Shown: positions 36,455 through 46,465, counted from the stretch's first letter. The stretch: 57,748 nucleotides of DNA from Chloroflexota bacterium (GCA_013151955.1 JAADHH010000140.1:1-57748), one strand, 5' to 3'. Program-made: numbers and translations. Notes: generated by a model not told the origin, from the letters alone.

Positions 36455-38560
36455 ATGGCTGCCGATTCTACTGCACTCCCGATGACGAATCTTCGTCGCC
36501 TGCTGCAAAGTTCGGACATCGTGCTGGCCGTTGCCGTAGTGATGATCGTCGGCTTGATGATCGTCCCCCTGCCCGTGTGGGCCCTCGACATCCTTTTGAC
36601 GACAAACATCGCCCTGGCCGTGACCATTCTGCTGGTTTCCCTGTACACCTCCGAACCACTCGACTTTTCGGTCTTCCCCTCCCTTTTGCTGATCGTGACC
36701 CTGTATCGTTTGGCCCTGGAAATTTCGGCCACCCGCCTGATCCTCCTGGAAGCAGACGGGGGGAAGGTGATTCGCGCTTTTGGGCAATTCGTTGTGGGAG
36801 GCAACTACGTAGTCGGTATCGTGATATTCCTGATCCTGATGGTCATCCAGTTTGTCGTCATCACCAATGGCGCTGGCCGCGTGGCCGAAGTGGCCGCTCG
36901 CTTCACCCTGGACGCGATGCCCGGCAAGCAGATGAGCATTGATGCGGACCTCAATGCCGGCTTGCTGACGGAAGACGAAGCGCGCAAACGACGACGCCAG
37001 GTGGAGACGGAGGCCGATTTCTATGGCGCGATGGACGGTGCCAGCAAGTTCGTAAAAGGTGACGCCATCGCCGCCATCGTGATTGTCCTGGTGAATATCT
37101 TTGGCGGATTTGTCATCGGTGTGTGGCAGCTTGGTATGCCCCTTTCGCAAGCGCTGCAAACCTACACGCTCCTCACCGTGGGAGAAGGTCTGGTGGCGCA
37201 GGTGCCCGCCTTGCTCATCTCCACGGCTACAGGGATCATCGTCACCCGCACAGCCAGCGAATCGGACATGGGGCACGATGTCTTCTCCCAGTTGGGGAAC
37301 AATCCACGCTCGTTGGGTGTGGTCTCTGGATTGCTCCTGCTCTTTGCTCTGGTGCCGGGCCTGCCCAAGGTTCCCTTCCTGGTGATGGGTACGGCGCTGG
37401 GTGGCATCACCTGGTTCACCTATCGCAGCCAACAAGCCGCTGCCCCGGCAGAAGAGAGCACCGAACAGGCTGTGCTCCCCCCCGCAGAAGATGTGATGAG
37501 CTTGTTGCAACTCGACCCCCTCGAACTGGAAATCGGCTACGGCCTGGTTCCGCTGGTTGATGTGCAGCAAGGCGGGAACCTGCTGGAGCGTATTACCATG
37601 ATCCGCCGTCAGGTGGCGATGGATATGGGGATCGTCTTGCCCAAGATTCGCATCCGCGACAACCTGCGCCTGTTGCCAAACCATTATGTGATAAAACTAC
37701 GCGGTGAGGCGGTCGCCGAGGGCGAACTGATGATGAATCACCTCCTGGCTATGCCGTCGGGCAAAGTAGAACAAGAGATGGAAGGAATCCCCACGCACGA
37801 ACCTGCTTTTGGCCTGCCGGCGCAATGGATCAGCCCCGGCCAGTCGGAGCGTGCGGAGATGCTGGGCTATACGGTGGTAGACACTTTGTCTGTGCTGACC
37901 ACCCACTTGTCAGAGGAAGTCAAACGGCACGCTCCGGAGATACTGGGCCGGCAGGAAGTGAAAGGACTGCTGGACAATTTGCGTGAGCGATACCCGGCAG
38001 TATTGGAAGGGTTGATTCCGGATCTCGTGTCTATCAGCGACATTCAGGCCGTGCTACAAAACCTGCTGCGCGAACAGGTGCCAATCCGGGACCTCGTCAC
38101 CATTTTGGAGACGGTGGCAAATTTCGCACGCGATACCCACGACGCAGATTTTCTCAGTGAGCGGGCCCGTCACGCGCTTAGCCGTGTGTTGACAAACCAG
38201 CACAAATCTGAAGATGGGAGCCTGCACGTCCTGACGCTAAGCCCGCAGACCGACCAGTGGTTCCAACATGGATTGGAAGTTGGGGGAGGCGGGGTCGGTA
38301 GTCTCCCGCAAATGAGTCCCGACGACCTCCAGCAGTTGCTGCACAAAATCGGCAAGGCCATGGAGAAGCTGGCCCAGGAGGGACATCAACCCGTGTTGCT
38401 CAGTTCTGCGGCAATTCGGCTTTCGCTCCGGCGGGTCACAGAGCGTTCCCTGCCGAATCTGGCGGTCCTTTCCTACAACGAGGTCACTCCGGATGCCGAA
38501 ATCTATGTAGCAGACATGATTGACATTGCAGAGGGGACTGCGGAAGGTGGCGAAGCATGA
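36455..38560 (+). CDS. flhA: Flagellar export protein FlhA
   Basis: RVAEVAARFTLDAMPGKQMSIDADL, FYGAMDGASKFVKGD. Confidence 0.98.
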   Translation: MAADSTALPMTNLRRLLQSSDIVLAVAVVMIVGLMIVPLPVWALDILLTTNIALAVTILLVSLYTSEPLDFSVFPSLLLIVTLYRLALEISATRLILLEADGGKVIRAFGQFVVGGNYVVGIVIFLILMVIQFVVITNGAGRVAEVAARFTLDAMPGKQMSIDADLNAGLLTEDEARKRRRQVETEADFYGAMDGASKFVKGDAIAAIVIVLVNIFGGFVIGVWQLGMPLSQALQTYTLLTVGEGLVAQVPALLISTATGIIVTRTASESDMGHDVFSQLGNNPRSLGVVSGLLLLFALVPGLPKVPFLVMGTALGGITWFTYRSQQAAAPAEESTEQAVLPPAEDVMSLLQLDPLELEIGYGLVPLVDVQQGGNLLERITMIRRQVAMDMGIVLPKIRIRDNLRLLPNHYVIKLRGEAVAEGELMMNHLLAMPSGKVEQEMEGIPTHEPAFGLPAQWISPGQSERAEMLGYTVVDTLSVLTTHLSEEVKRHAPEILGRQEVKGLLDNLRERYPAVLEGLIPDLVSISDIQAVLQNLLREQVPIRDLVTILETVANFARDTHDADFLSERARHALSRVLTNQHKSEDGSLHVLTLSPQTDQWFQHGLEVGGGGVGSLPQMSPDDLQQLLHKIGKAMEKLAQEGHQPVLLSSAAIRLSLRRVTERSLPNLAVLSYNEVTPDAEIYVADMIDIAEGTAEGGEA

Positions 38561-39750
38561 GAGTAAAGCGTTATATGATGAAAGACATGTCCAAAGCTAT
38601 GGCACACATTCGAGCGGACTTGGGGCCGGATGCCGTGATCCTCAGCTCCCGACAGATGCGGCGCGATGGATTCTTCGGGCGGCTGCGTGCCCCCGTCTGG
38701 GAAGTGTTGGCCGCCGTCGACAGTGCGCAGCCAAACCAGCCCTTGCTGAAGACGCTCCTTTCTGCGGAGCAGCCAGCAGCCACCCAGGCAAATCTTCCGG
38801 CAAATGAAAGTGCCTTGCCGCCACAACAAGATTCTTCCTACACGGAGGAACTGCGTGCCTTGCGACAGGAGATCCGCGATCTCCAGGCTGCGGTGACCCA
38901 ATTGACCCGTCGTTCTGCCGTTACACCGGTCTTGCAACTGCCGCCTCTTTTGCAGGAGATGCACCAATCGCTCCTGGACCAACGCTTTCTCCCAGAGGTT
39001 GCTACCGACATCACCCTGAAGGTGGCCCAAACGCTCAGCCCGCAGGCCTTGTCCGACCGGAAAGCGATTCAAACCCAAATGGTGTGGTCGCTGGCCAACC
39101 TCTTGCCCGTGAAGGAGCTATCGCACCGGTACGACGACCATCCTCCGGTGATGTTTGTTGTAGGGCCGACGGGAGTGGGAAAGACAACCACCATTGCCAA
39201 ACTGGCAGCCGATTACGCCTTGCGGAAAAACATTCCCGTGACCCTGGCTACCACCGACACCTACCGGGTCGCGGCGATCCAACAACTGGAGACGTATGGC
39301 GAGATACTGGGTTTGCCGGTGAACGTGGTCTATTCGCCCGACGAACTGCGCGATCTTGCCGAAAAACAGACCGATAACGGCATCATTCTGGTGGATACAC
39401 CCGGCCGCAGCCCCTTCAATTCGGCGGAGCTCGCTTCGCTCCGCTCCTTCTTGGAGCCGGTACCGAACAGGGAAGTGTTCCTGACGTTGAGTGCTTGCAC
39501 AAAAGGTGCCGACCTGGAGCAAGCCGCGAGCCGCTTCGGACCGATGATGCCGGATGGGCTTTTGTTCACCAAACTGGATGAGACAGATGCAGTCGGGCCT
39601 TTATTCAACACCGTTTGTCGCACAGGACTGCCATTGACCTATGTGACCACCGGCCAAAAAGTCCCCGACGATATCGAAATTGCGCGCCCAGATCGTGTAG
39701 CGCGTTGGGCCTTGAAGCAAGAGCAAATCGTGGATCGTCTTGCGGCCTAG
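38557..39750 (+). CDS. flhF: SRP-family GTPase FlhF
   Basis: LGPDAVILS, GPTGVGKTTT, DTYRVAA, DTPG, TKLDE, GQKVPDDI. Confidence 0.96.
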   Translation: MRVKRYMMKDMSKAMAHIRADLGPDAVILSSRQMRRDGFFGRLRAPVWEVLAAVDSAQPNQPLLKTLLSAEQPAATQANLPANESALPPQQDSSYTEELRALRQEIRDLQAAVTQLTRRSAVTPVLQLPPLLQEMHQSLLDQRFLPEVATDITLKVAQTLSPQALSDRKAIQTQMVWSLANLLPVKELSHRYDDHPPVMFVVGPTGVGKTTTIAKLAADYALRKNIPVTLATTDTYRVAAIQQLETYGEILGLPVNVVYSPDELRDLAEKQTDNGIILVDTPGRSPFNSAELASLRSFLEPVPNREVFLTLSACTKGADLEQAASRFGPMMPDGLLFTKLDETDAVGPLFNTVCRTGLPLTYVTTGQKVPDDIEIARPDRVARWALKQEQIVDRLAA

Positions 39751-39997
39751 CAGGCTGTCGGAGAGGTCTGTTTTCTTCTTGTTAGGAGACGGACTCTCAT
39801 AGAGAACACGGATTTCAGGCAAAGATTAGGCGCTTAGGGCGTCAACATCGACAAAAAGTTGTCTATGTTTCTGTAGGACACAGATTCTCACAGAAAAACA
39901 GAGATAAAACATTCAGAAGATAAAACATTCAGAAAAATCTGTGTGCGAAGCCTGTGTAAATCTGTGTCTCATGATTCTTTCTCCGACAAACTGCTAG
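39747..39997. mobile_element. MITE-like CTAG-ended element
   Basis: CTAGCAGGCTGTCGGAGA...TCTCCGACAAACTGCTAG; left CTAG contains the flhF stop; internal 16-bp tandem duplication at 39902-39933. Confidence 0.75.
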
Positions 39998-40046
39998 TCG
40001 CACAAAAGGCAAGGTTAATTTGATGAACGTACAAGGATATGCTTCG

Positions 40047-40949
40047 ATGGATCAGGCAAGCGACTTGCGTGCTCTCGTGCAGGCTTCGGGACCGGCCGGT
40101 ACTGTCGCCGGTTCAACGTCGGGCGGGACACGAATCATGGCCATTGCCAGTGGCAAAGGTGGCGTGGGCAAGACGAATTTGTCCGTGAATCTCGGTCTCA
40201 TGTTTGCTCAGGAGGGCAAACGTGTTTGGCTATTCGACGGTGACATGAGCCTGGCCAACGTGGACGTGGTCATGGGCTTGCGTCCGTCCCATACGCTGGG
40301 GCACGTGTTGTCCGGCCAGAAGCGCCTGTCCGAGATCATGATCACCGGGCCATGCGGTCTGCAGATCGTTCCCGGAGCTTCCGGCCTGACGGATTTGGCA
40401 AACCTTCCTGCGACCGTGCAAGAGCGTTTGTTGCGAGAACTGCTCAATCTTGAAGAACAAGCCGATGTACTGATCATTGATTCCGCGGCGGGAATTGGTG
40501 CAAACGTCCTTCCTTTCCTGCGCGCGGCACAGGAAGCAATTATCATCACCACTCCGGAACCGACCGCGATCACCGATGCCTACGCATTGGTCAAGGTGCT
40601 GAGCTGTGCGCGCCCGATGCCCCAGATAAAGCTGGTAGTGAACTGGGCGCGCAACGAGAAGGACGCAAACCTGACCGCGCGGAAGATGGCAGAATTGATC
40701 CACAAGTTCCTGGATTTGGAAATCACGATCCTCGGTTCTTTGCCGGAGGATGAGCATCTCATGGTTGCTGTTCGCAAACAAGTGCCGGTGCTCCTGGCCT
40801 ATCCGGGCAGCCCGTACGCAAACGGGGTACGCAAATTGGGCCGGCAACTCTACGGCCATACACCGCCTAAGAACACACATTTCTCGCTGGAACACTTTAT
40901 CCAAGTTCTTGGGGGACTGGCAGACCGGCGAACCTACGCCGTATCATAA
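40047..40949 (+). CDS. flhG: MinD-like ATPase FlhG (FleN)
   Basis: MDQASDLR N-terminus, SGKGGVGKTN, TTPEPTAITDAY. Confidence 0.93.
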   Translation: MDQASDLRALVQASGPAGTVAGSTSGGTRIMAIASGKGGVGKTNLSVNLGLMFAQEGKRVWLFDGDMSLANVDVVMGLRPSHTLGHVLSGQKRLSEIMITGPCGLQIVPGASGLTDLANLPATVQERLLRELLNLEEQADVLIIDSAAGIGANVLPFLRAAQEAIIITTPEPTAITDAYALVKVLSCARPMPQIKLVVNWARNEKDANLTARKMAELIHKFLDLEITILGSLPEDEHLMVAVRKQVPVLLAYPGSPYANGVRKLGRQLYGHTPPKNTHFSLEHFIQVLGGLADRRTYAVS

Positions 40950-40966
40950 GATGGGGAGAAACTTTC

Positions 40967-41251
40967 ATGGCTTTAGACATTTGGTTCAAAGAAGACATTG
41001 AGAACGCCGTGAAGGCGGCTAACGAGGCAACTTCTTCTACTTTGGCCATGTTCGAGCAGATGACGGACAACCACGAGCTCCTGTCTGCCTATCAGCAGGG
41101 CTATCGTTTGGCCCTGGTTACGATGGCTACCACGTTTGGTATCGATCTGGAAAATGGTGAATTGGGCAGAGCATTGGTGGTTTCGGGCAAAGGCCCCGCC
41201 TTGCTCCCCGAGACGACGATCGTTGATCGTGGAATGGATGAAGAATCGTGA
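40967..41251 (+). CDS. Hypothetical protein in the flagellar operon
   Basis: GGGAG RBS; stop overlaps the next start (GTGA); no recognised motif. Confidence 0.65.
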   Translation: MALDIWFKEDIENAVKAANEATSSTLAMFEQMTDNHELLSAYQQGYRLALVTMATTFGIDLENGELGRALVVSGKGPALLPETTIVDRGMDEES

Positions 41252-41913
41252 ACCTTTCTGTGGCTCCCTGGAAAATCAACCAGCTTGCGGAGATCGAAAC
41301 AGTCACCGATGGTATGATCCGCAATTATGCCAGCCGGATCGAGGATATTCAGTTTGGCGATCTGGGCCTGGCCATGCCCATGGAGCGGGGCAAGTATATT
41401 CACTTCTTGGAAAACCAGCCGGTCACCGTCTACGTCACTGTGCGTGGCCTCTACTATTTCTTTCACTCCAACGTTACGGGCATGGTCAGGGAGCCTGTGC
41501 CCATCATCTGGGTGGCTCAACCGCATCAAGCAGAGCGTCTGGAACGCCGGCGTTTCGTGCGCATCGCCGTAGACATCCTCCCCCAAGAGTTCCACGTGAT
41601 GGGCCCCGAGGATTCGGATTGGCGGCCCCTGCGGGGCAAGATTATCGATATCAGTGCCGGCGGAATTTGCTTTACGTGCGATACAACCCTGCGGAAAAAT
41701 GGAAGGGTCAAAGCGAGTTTTAGCCTGCCCGACAACTCGACCCAGGTTCAAACCGAAGGAGAAGTGGTGCGCCTGGAAGGGGACCCGTACGGTTTGAGCC
41801 ACCGGCGTTTGGCAGGAGCAACCTTTCGCCGGTTGGGCTACCGGGAACAAGAAGCAATTATCAAGTTTGTGTTGCGCAAGCAGTCAGAAATGATTCGCAG
41901 GGGGCAGGTGTAA
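41248..41913 (+). CDS. c-di-GMP-binding flagellar brake (YcgR/MotI-like PilZ protein)
   Basis: ERRRFVR (RxxxR) and DISAGG (DxSxxG) motifs. Confidence 0.9.
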   Translation: MNLSVAPWKINQLAEIETVTDGMIRNYASRIEDIQFGDLGLAMPMERGKYIHFLENQPVTVYVTVRGLYYFFHSNVTGMVREPVPIIWVAQPHQAERLERRRFVRIAVDILPQEFHVMGPEDSDWRPLRGKIIDISAGGICFTCDTTLRKNGRVKASFSLPDNSTQVQTEGEVVRLEGDPYGLSHRRLAGATFRRLGYREQEAIIKFVLRKQSEMIRRGQV

Positions 41914-41947
41914 GAGAGAAACCCCTATGTCTAACCTAACTTTTATG

Positions 41948-42127
41948 GTTACTACTCAGTTTGCATTGCCGTGACGGGCTGAAGCCGTCACTGGTCACAC
42001 GGTAGGGGCGCACAGCTATGCGCCCCTACAGAAGCGACTGCCGGTGGAGATTCAGCCGCTTTCAGCGGCTTGGTGAGGCGATCCAGTGCCGATTTCAATC
42101 CGGCACGGGCCTTGCCTGAACAGTTAC
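41948..42127. repeat. Composite repeat GTTACTACTCAG...CTGAACAGTTAC with an inserted REP cassette
   Basis: GTAG-type REP GTAGGGGCGCA-CAGCTA-TGCGCCCCTAC at 42002-42029; ACGGGC repeated at 41974 and 42105. Confidence 0.75.
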
Positions 42128-42155
42128 CTTTTATGTATGATTGGAGGAGGTGGAA

Positions 42156-42473
42156 ATGACCGCAAAAAATGTTCCGATGGCCAGCCTGTACCTCATCACG
42201 GCACTCTCGATCTCGTTGGCGGCTATTGCCATGCTTTCTGGCGTATCGCCCGTCTCTGCAATCGTTCGTTCGGCAATGGCCTTCGTGTTGTTTTCGCTGC
42301 TGGGCTGGGTAGGCTTCTTTGCCTTGCGCACGTCCGAAGAGGCGGGCACTATGGGCGCAGAATCGGAAGAGAACATCATGGGGACACATGTGGATGTTTC
42401 TATCGGCACCGGAGATGACGAACTCGTCGCTTCGCCGGTACATGCGGAAACGGCCGCGCAGGGCCAGGCGTGA
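42156..42473 (+). CDS. Small two-TM membrane protein with an acidic tail
   Basis: GGAGGAGG RBS; two hydrophobic segments; lies just before fliA. Confidence 0.7.
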   Translation: MTAKNVPMASLYLITALSISLAAIAMLSGVSPVSAIVRSAMAFVLFSLLGWVGFFALRTSEEAGTMGAESEENIMGTHVDVSIGTGDDELVASPVHAETAAQGQA

Positions 42474-42644
42474 TCACGGTTGGATGTCGCGGTACGAAAG
42501 CTCGTTGGGCGGGTGGACTGCCGGTCCCGACTTGACGGCTTGATACGAATCAGTGCAATCAGCGTTCTATTGGGTGGGGGTGCGAACACTTGCCTGATGG
42601 CTTCTCTTTATAGAAGTGAGCGCCTATCGGGAATAGGTTTTTAG

Positions 42645-43490
42645 ATGGGCAAGGATGACGAACTGTGGCGTCGTTACCTCGACGAAGGTGATGGTGACGC
42701 GCGCCAACAATTGATTCTCATGTACCTGCCACTGGTACGCTACGTCCTGGGCCGGATGTCGATCTATTTGCCCGCCAGCCTGGAGCGCGACGACCTGGTG
42801 AGTCACGGCATCGTTGGACTCATTCAGGCGATTGACCATTATGACATAGGGCGTGGCACAAAATTCAAGACGTACGCAACCATTCGCATCCGCGGCCACA
42901 TCTTGGACGTGTTGCGCGCGATGGACCTGTTGCCAAGAGGGGTGCGGGAAAAGGCCAGTCGAATCGGAAAGGCTTTGACAAAGCTGACGAAAGAGCTGGG
43001 GCGTTCCCCTACCGATGGCGAGGTTGCCGGCGAGCTGAACATTTCTGTGCGGGAGCTGCGAAAGTCGTTGCGTGATGCCAGTGTGACGTTCGTCTCGCTG
43101 GATGCGCCGGTGAACGGCGGGCACAGCCAGGGCGACGCGCTCTTGGTCGAAGAGGTGATCTCCAAAGCGACGATCCCACTCCCCGCTGAACAACTCGACA
43201 GAAATGAAATGCGTCGTGGCTTGGCCGAAGCGTTGAGCAAACTCTCGGAGCGAGAACAATTGCTAACCTCACTATACTATTTCGAGCAACTGACGATGCG
43301 GGAGATTGGTGCTGTGCTGGAGATTTCAGAATCACGTGTTTGCCAGATTCACAGCAAGGTGCTGTTGACCTTGCGCGGCTGTTTGCAGCAACATGCCACA
43401 GACACCGACTCCAATCCCGTGATAGAAACGCGCCCTTTGTTGGTGGCGACAGGAGGCCAGCGTGTCCAATACGCTTCTACTGCTGGCTGA
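42645..43490 (+). CDS. fliA: RNA polymerase sigma-28 factor FliA/SigD
   Basis: YLPLVRYV, DDLVS.G..GLI.AID.YD, KF.TYA.IRIRG, LTMREIG.VL.ISESRVCQIH. Confidence 0.96.
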   Translation: MGKDDELWRRYLDEGDGDARQQLILMYLPLVRYVLGRMSIYLPASLERDDLVSHGIVGLIQAIDHYDIGRGTKFKTYATIRIRGHILDVLRAMDLLPRGVREKASRIGKALTKLTKELGRSPTDGEVAGELNISVRELRKSLRDASVTFVSLDAPVNGGHSQGDALLVEEVISKATIPLPAEQLDRNEMRRGLAEALSKLSEREQLLTSLYYFEQLTMREIGAVLEISESRVCQIHSKVLLTLRGCLQQHATDTDSNPVIETRPLLVATGGQRVQYASTAG

Positions 43491-44031
43491 GGCCGCATTG
43501 TTCCTGCTCTGCCTGTTTACGTACTTGCGTGTGCGCCAGGGCCTGCAAGAGATTCGGCACGAACGGGTCGTCTGGGAAGATATTGAAAAAGGACTGGCCG
43601 AGGTCTCCTCTTTGCTGGAGTATCTGAGGCAAACGTCTGCCTTTCTGGCCCAAGACGAAGTGGAGGAGAGGTTGGCACACCTGGAAGCGCTCTTGCAGGG
43701 CGAAGAACCCCTTGAGCTGGCGTTCGTCTTGCCTCATGAAGCAAAGCAAGAAGCCCATGTTTCCCAATCTGTCTTCATCGGCGAGCCAGGGGAAGATGTC
43801 GTCGAAGGGGCCGCCCCCCCGGAAGAAGAGCTTCTTCCGAACGCGGTTGCCCAACAAACAATCTATTCTCCCGAAATCCCCATTGCGTTTCCGAATACGC
43901 GGAAATACGAAACGGTATTGCAATTGTACGAGTCTGGCTGGGATTCTGCGGACATTGCCAAACATATTCGCCTGGGGCACGAGGAGGTACAACTGATATT
44001 GAGCTTCTGGCAGAGAGGTCGGGGTAACTGA
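43462..44031 (+). CDS. Membrane-anchored protein with a C-terminal HTH-like motif (SwrB/DUF2802-like)
   Basis: N-terminal TM, coiled coil, KYETVLQLYESGW...DIAK.IRLG.EEVQLIL; follows the sigma-28 gene. Confidence 0.7.
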   Translation: MSNTLLLLAEAALFLLCLFTYLRVRQGLQEIRHERVVWEDIEKGLAEVSSLLEYLRQTSAFLAQDEVEERLAHLEALLQGEEPLELAFVLPHEAKQEAHVSQSVFIGEPGEDVVEGAAPPEEELLPNAVAQQTIYSPEIPIAFPNTRKYETVLQLYESGWDSADIAKHIRLGHEEVQLILSFWQRGRGN

Positions 44032-44124
44032 CCATTGGACGAAAGCGTGAAATGGGTGTATCATAGTACGGACCCGATTTTCAACCCGTTCAATGCAATT
44101 CATACCCGTCGGAGGCAAAACACT

Positions 44125-44793
44125 ATGCAGAAACTAAGAATTGTCGCAGCCCTTTTGGTCGTTGGAATACTCACTTTGCTGATCGCAACAACTGTTGCCG
44201 CAAACGGCGTGCCGGTCACATTGTATCTGACTTGGTTGCCGGGCATTACAAACTGGGAAAAGGCCCAGCCGGCCTCCGGTTCTGCCATTGTCAGCGTCAG
44301 TTTGGGCGAGCTGAAGTTGGAAGCGGAATCGCTGCCCCACCTGACCAACGGCCAATATGAGGCTTGGCTGGTGACCGAAGACATGCAGCAAATGGTCAGC
44401 ATGGGACGTTTCAACAGCGATATGGTGGGACATGTGCGCTTCGAGAGCACGCGCGAAGACCTGCCCGCACGCGAATACCGCTTTTTGCTGATCAGTGTGG
44501 AGCCGGAGCCCGATACGAGCGAAGCCAGCTCTGGGCAGTGGGCTATCGGTGGCGTGTTTCCGGATACCTCCTTGCTGGTCGTGACCGCTACGCCAGCCGG
44601 CTCCGGGAGTGCGTCCGGCACAACAGCGCCGGCCGAGAACGCAACGCCCGTCACGCCGACTCCCCCCCCTCCGCAATCCTTGCCCGTAACCGGGGGAGCG
44701 CCGGCCACCGGCCTGCCGGGCGGTCTCCTCGCCCTGGCGGCCCTGCTGATGGGTGGGGGAATCATCTGGAGGAAAAGGAGGCAATCTCTATGA
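44125..44793 (+). CDS. Secreted protein with an anti-sigma-K(RskA)-C-like domain and a C-terminal LPXTG sorting signal
   Basis: Signal peptide; YEAWLV..SMGRF..LISVEP; Pro/Thr linker; LPVTG, hydrophobic helix, then WRKRR. Confidence 0.75.
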   Translation: MQKLRIVAALLVVGILTLLIATTVAANGVPVTLYLTWLPGITNWEKAQPASGSAIVSVSLGELKLEAESLPHLTNGQYEAWLVTEDMQQMVSMGRFNSDMVGHVRFESTREDLPAREYRFLLISVEPEPDTSEASSGQWAIGGVFPDTSLLVVTATPAGSGSASGTTAPAENATPVTPTPPPPQSLPVTGGAPATGLPGGLLALAALLMGGGIIWRKRRQSL

Positions 44794-45548
44794 TCCGTGG
44801 GATTTATTCCGCAGCTTCTGGCATGGTGACCGGTCTCTTGCGCCAGGAGACAATCAGCCACAACCTCAGCAACATAGAAACTGTTGGCTACAAGCAACGA
44901 GTCGCCCTTGTACGGGACTTTCCGTCGCTGTTACTGACCCGACTTTCGGGCGGTGGATCGGCTGCCGGCCCGGGTGGGGCGAATGTTGGCACACTGGGTA
45001 CCGGTGCGGGCGTCGAGGAGGTCGTTACCGATTGGTCAGAGGGGCCGCTGCAACAGACAGACCACCTGATGGATTTGGCGCTGGGCGGCGACGGGTTCTT
45101 TCGTGTGCAGACGCCCGATGGGGTGCGCTACACGCGGGATGGCCGTTTCCGCCGCGACTCGGCGTCGCGCATCGTCAGCACCGATGGGTACCCGCTCCTC
45201 GGCACCGCTGGGCCGATTACGTTGCCAGATGGCGATCCCGTCATTGCCGAGGATGGAACCATCTCTGTCGGCGACACCGTGGTGGGCAAGATTGATGTGG
45301 TCTCTTTTGCCCAGCCCGACCTTCTGGAGCGGATCGGAGAGAATTTGTATTCTGCTCCCGATGGAGTACAAAGTGCGCCGTCGCAGACGCGCCTGCTGCA
45401 AGGGTATTTGGAAAAATCGAACGTCGATCCCACAACGGCCATACTGGAAATGATGAATGTCGCCCGTGCCTACGAGGCCAGCCAGCGCATGGTGCAAACG
45501 CAGAATAGCGTCCTGCAAAAAGCGGTCACAGAAGTGGGCCGGGTATAG
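44790..45548 (+). CDS. flgF: Flagellar rod protein FlgF (FlhO-type)
   Basis: MIRGIYSAASGM, NLSNIETVGYK, YTRDGRF, QGYLEKSNV, RAYEASQR. Confidence 0.9.
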   Translation: MIRGIYSAASGMVTGLLRQETISHNLSNIETVGYKQRVALVRDFPSLLLTRLSGGGSAAGPGGANVGTLGTGAGVEEVVTDWSEGPLQQTDHLMDLALGGDGFFRVQTPDGVRYTRDGRFRRDSASRIVSTDGYPLLGTAGPITLPDGDPVIAEDGTISVGDTVVGKIDVVSFAQPDLLERIGENLYSAPDGVQSAPSQTRLLQGYLEKSNVDPTTAILEMMNVARAYEASQRMVQTQNSVLQKAVTEVGRV

Positions 45549-45571
45549 CGAAGTAGCGAAAGGAGGGGTGT

Positions 45572-46351
45572 ATGCCTGGATCAGCAGCATTGATGCAAGT
45601 GGCCGCTTCGGGGATGTTGGCGGAACAATTTCACATGGAATTGCTCAGTGAGAACATCGCCAACATCAACACGAAGGGCTACAAACGCACGCGGGTCACT
45701 TTTCAGGAAGTCTTGCGGGCTCTGCCGCAACCGTCCACGGGGACGACACAGGGGGAGCTCGGCAGACTGGGTGGCGTGATACCGGCCGGCACACAGCGGC
45801 TGTTCACGCAAGGGGCCCTGCAATCGTCATCGAACCCGTGGGACTTGGCGATAGATGGCAATGGCTTTTTTGCGATCGGCCTCGCGGACGGAAGCACCGC
45901 CTACACGCGGGATGGCTCCTTCCAGATCGACGCCGAAGGTCAACTGGTGACGGCCGATGGGCATCTGCTGCAACCTCCCATCGTCGTGCCCAATGATACC
46001 GAGACAGTCCACGTAAACCCAGACGGTTCGGTGATGATCCAGCGGACGGGCAGTGCCGAGACCGAGCAAATCGGTACGATTACATTGACCCGTTTTGCCA
46101 ACCCCGCGGGGCTGGAAAACATCGGGCATAATTTATACCAACCTACGGATTCTTCCGGAACGCCAACAGACGGCCAGGCCGGCGCAGATGGCTTTGGTGA
46201 AATCGTGGGACAGGCTCGCGAGGAATCGAATGTTGATTTGAGTGAAGAGATGACGGAAATGATTGTTGCACAGCGCGCTTACTCGTTGGCCATGCGGGCC
46301 GTGCAAACGACGGATCAGATGCTGGCTCTGGCGAATGAACTTCGACCATAG
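45572..46351 (+). CDS. flgG: Flagellar distal rod protein FlgG (FlhP-type)
   Basis: AASGMLA, NIANINTKGYK, DLAIDGNGFF, FANPAGL..IG.NLY, EESNVDL.EEM. Confidence 0.92.
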   Translation: MPGSAALMQVAASGMLAEQFHMELLSENIANINTKGYKRTRVTFQEVLRALPQPSTGTTQGELGRLGGVIPAGTQRLFTQGALQSSSNPWDLAIDGNGFFAIGLADGSTAYTRDGSFQIDAEGQLVTADGHLLQPPIVVPNDTETVHVNPDGSVMIQRTGSAETEQIGTITLTRFANPAGLENIGHNLYQPTDSSGTPTDGQAGADGFGEIVGQAREESNVDLSEEMTEMIVAQRAYSLAMRAVQTTDQMLALANELRP

Positions 46352-46465
46352 ATTGCCAATGCCTTTGCGATTTGGTGGTGAACGCCGAATCCAAACGTTT
46401 TGTGGGGCTGCCGAGTACCACTTTGTCGAACGCCAAACGATTTCGGCAAGGGGAATATCCATCCC

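Noticed and set aside
44364-44789. Long N-terminal extensions on FlgF (and similarly on FliI, FlgC, TsaB and the metalloenzyme)
   Set aside because: Downstream starts match family-typical N-termini, and most extensions overlap other genes or repeats
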